Source of the DNA: Octopus bimaculoides
Lineage: Eukaryota
Length of the DNA: 64,000 bases
Reading direction: 5' to 3'
Assembly: GCF_001194135.2 (NCBI RefSeq)
Contig: NC_068981.1
Location: forward strand, 8,701,873 to 8,765,872
Notes under the pieces: model-generated
The model's database searches: none
Seen by the model: only the letters and a program-made list of their open reading frames with translations
What the model was told of the DNA's origin: nothing
Program-made: the position numbers and the translations under genes
In this document: positions 63,424 through 64,000 of the stretch, in pieces
Layout: every line of letters starts with the position of its first letter
How positions within the stretch are numbered: the first letter of the stretch is position 1

Positions 63424-64000
63424 CTCGCTATATACCTATGTTTATATGTGTATGTATATAACTATAATGAAAGCTGATGACGGCGGTAGTGTTGTCATCA
63501 CCAGTTCGTCCAACAAATAAACCGTTGGCCTCATGGAATCACTAGACTTGTCAGAACTTTTCTTAAATCTTAGCTTAATTTTGGAAAAGAAACAAAACAA
63601 AAAAATTACTTTAAAGTTTTACTCTTTTACTTCCACAACTATTTTTTTTATTTAACATGAAATCTCATATATTTCTTCACTAAACATATCTTACAGAGTT
63701 TTTCTTGGTTCATTTTATATATTTTTCATGGAATTGTTTTTCAGTTCGTTTTTCAGAGAACATTGTGTACAAAACACTTCATCACCAGGCTGTATCATTT
63801 TTCTTTTTCTGTGACTTTCAACCAATTTTTGAAATTGTTTGCCCGGAACTAAAGAAGTGAATTGCGAACTACATAAGATTGGCGGGATGGGTGGGATCGA
63901 GAAAGTGATGGCCATCACTACCGACACACACACACACACCATAGAACTCTGTGAATAGTGGCAACACGGAGTTTGAAATAACTCGCTGTGAACTCTCAGC

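Noticed and set aside
63473-63500. CTGATGA followed by a hairpin
   Set aside because: The hairpin includes the core itself and no GAAA follows.

Overview
AT-rich, microsatellite-saturated eukaryotic scaffold with 17 N-gaps (about 5.3 kb in total). The repeat repertoire looks like Octopus or another cephalopod; this is an inference from remembered repeat families, not a search result. I find no supportable host protein-coding exon, tRNA, rRNA or CRISPR array. The long ORFs in the track are microsatellite or N-gap artefacts, or transposon remnants. Recognisable content: many R4/Dong-like LINE fragments with a restriction-like endonuclease (several next to (TAA)n), RTE-clade LINEs (one with an internal inversion), degenerate L1/Tx1-like pieces, Penelope-like element (PLE) remnants, two Tc1/mariner transposase relics, MITEs and tRNA-derived SINEs. 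The main unexplained signal is a set of hammerhead ribozyme (HHR) motifs found by eye: six with an intact CUGANGA...GAAA core (about 4.6, 34.3, 43.5, 43.7, 55.7 and 57.1 kb) and three with damaged cores (3.6, 21.4, 50.4 kb). They include a fully paired type I HHR at 34231-34298 and a tandem pair 156 nt apart in a (TA)n-bounded unit (43496-43731). That pair has the architecture of a non-LTR retrozyme and has two diverged relatives in the window. No ribozyme activity has been tested.
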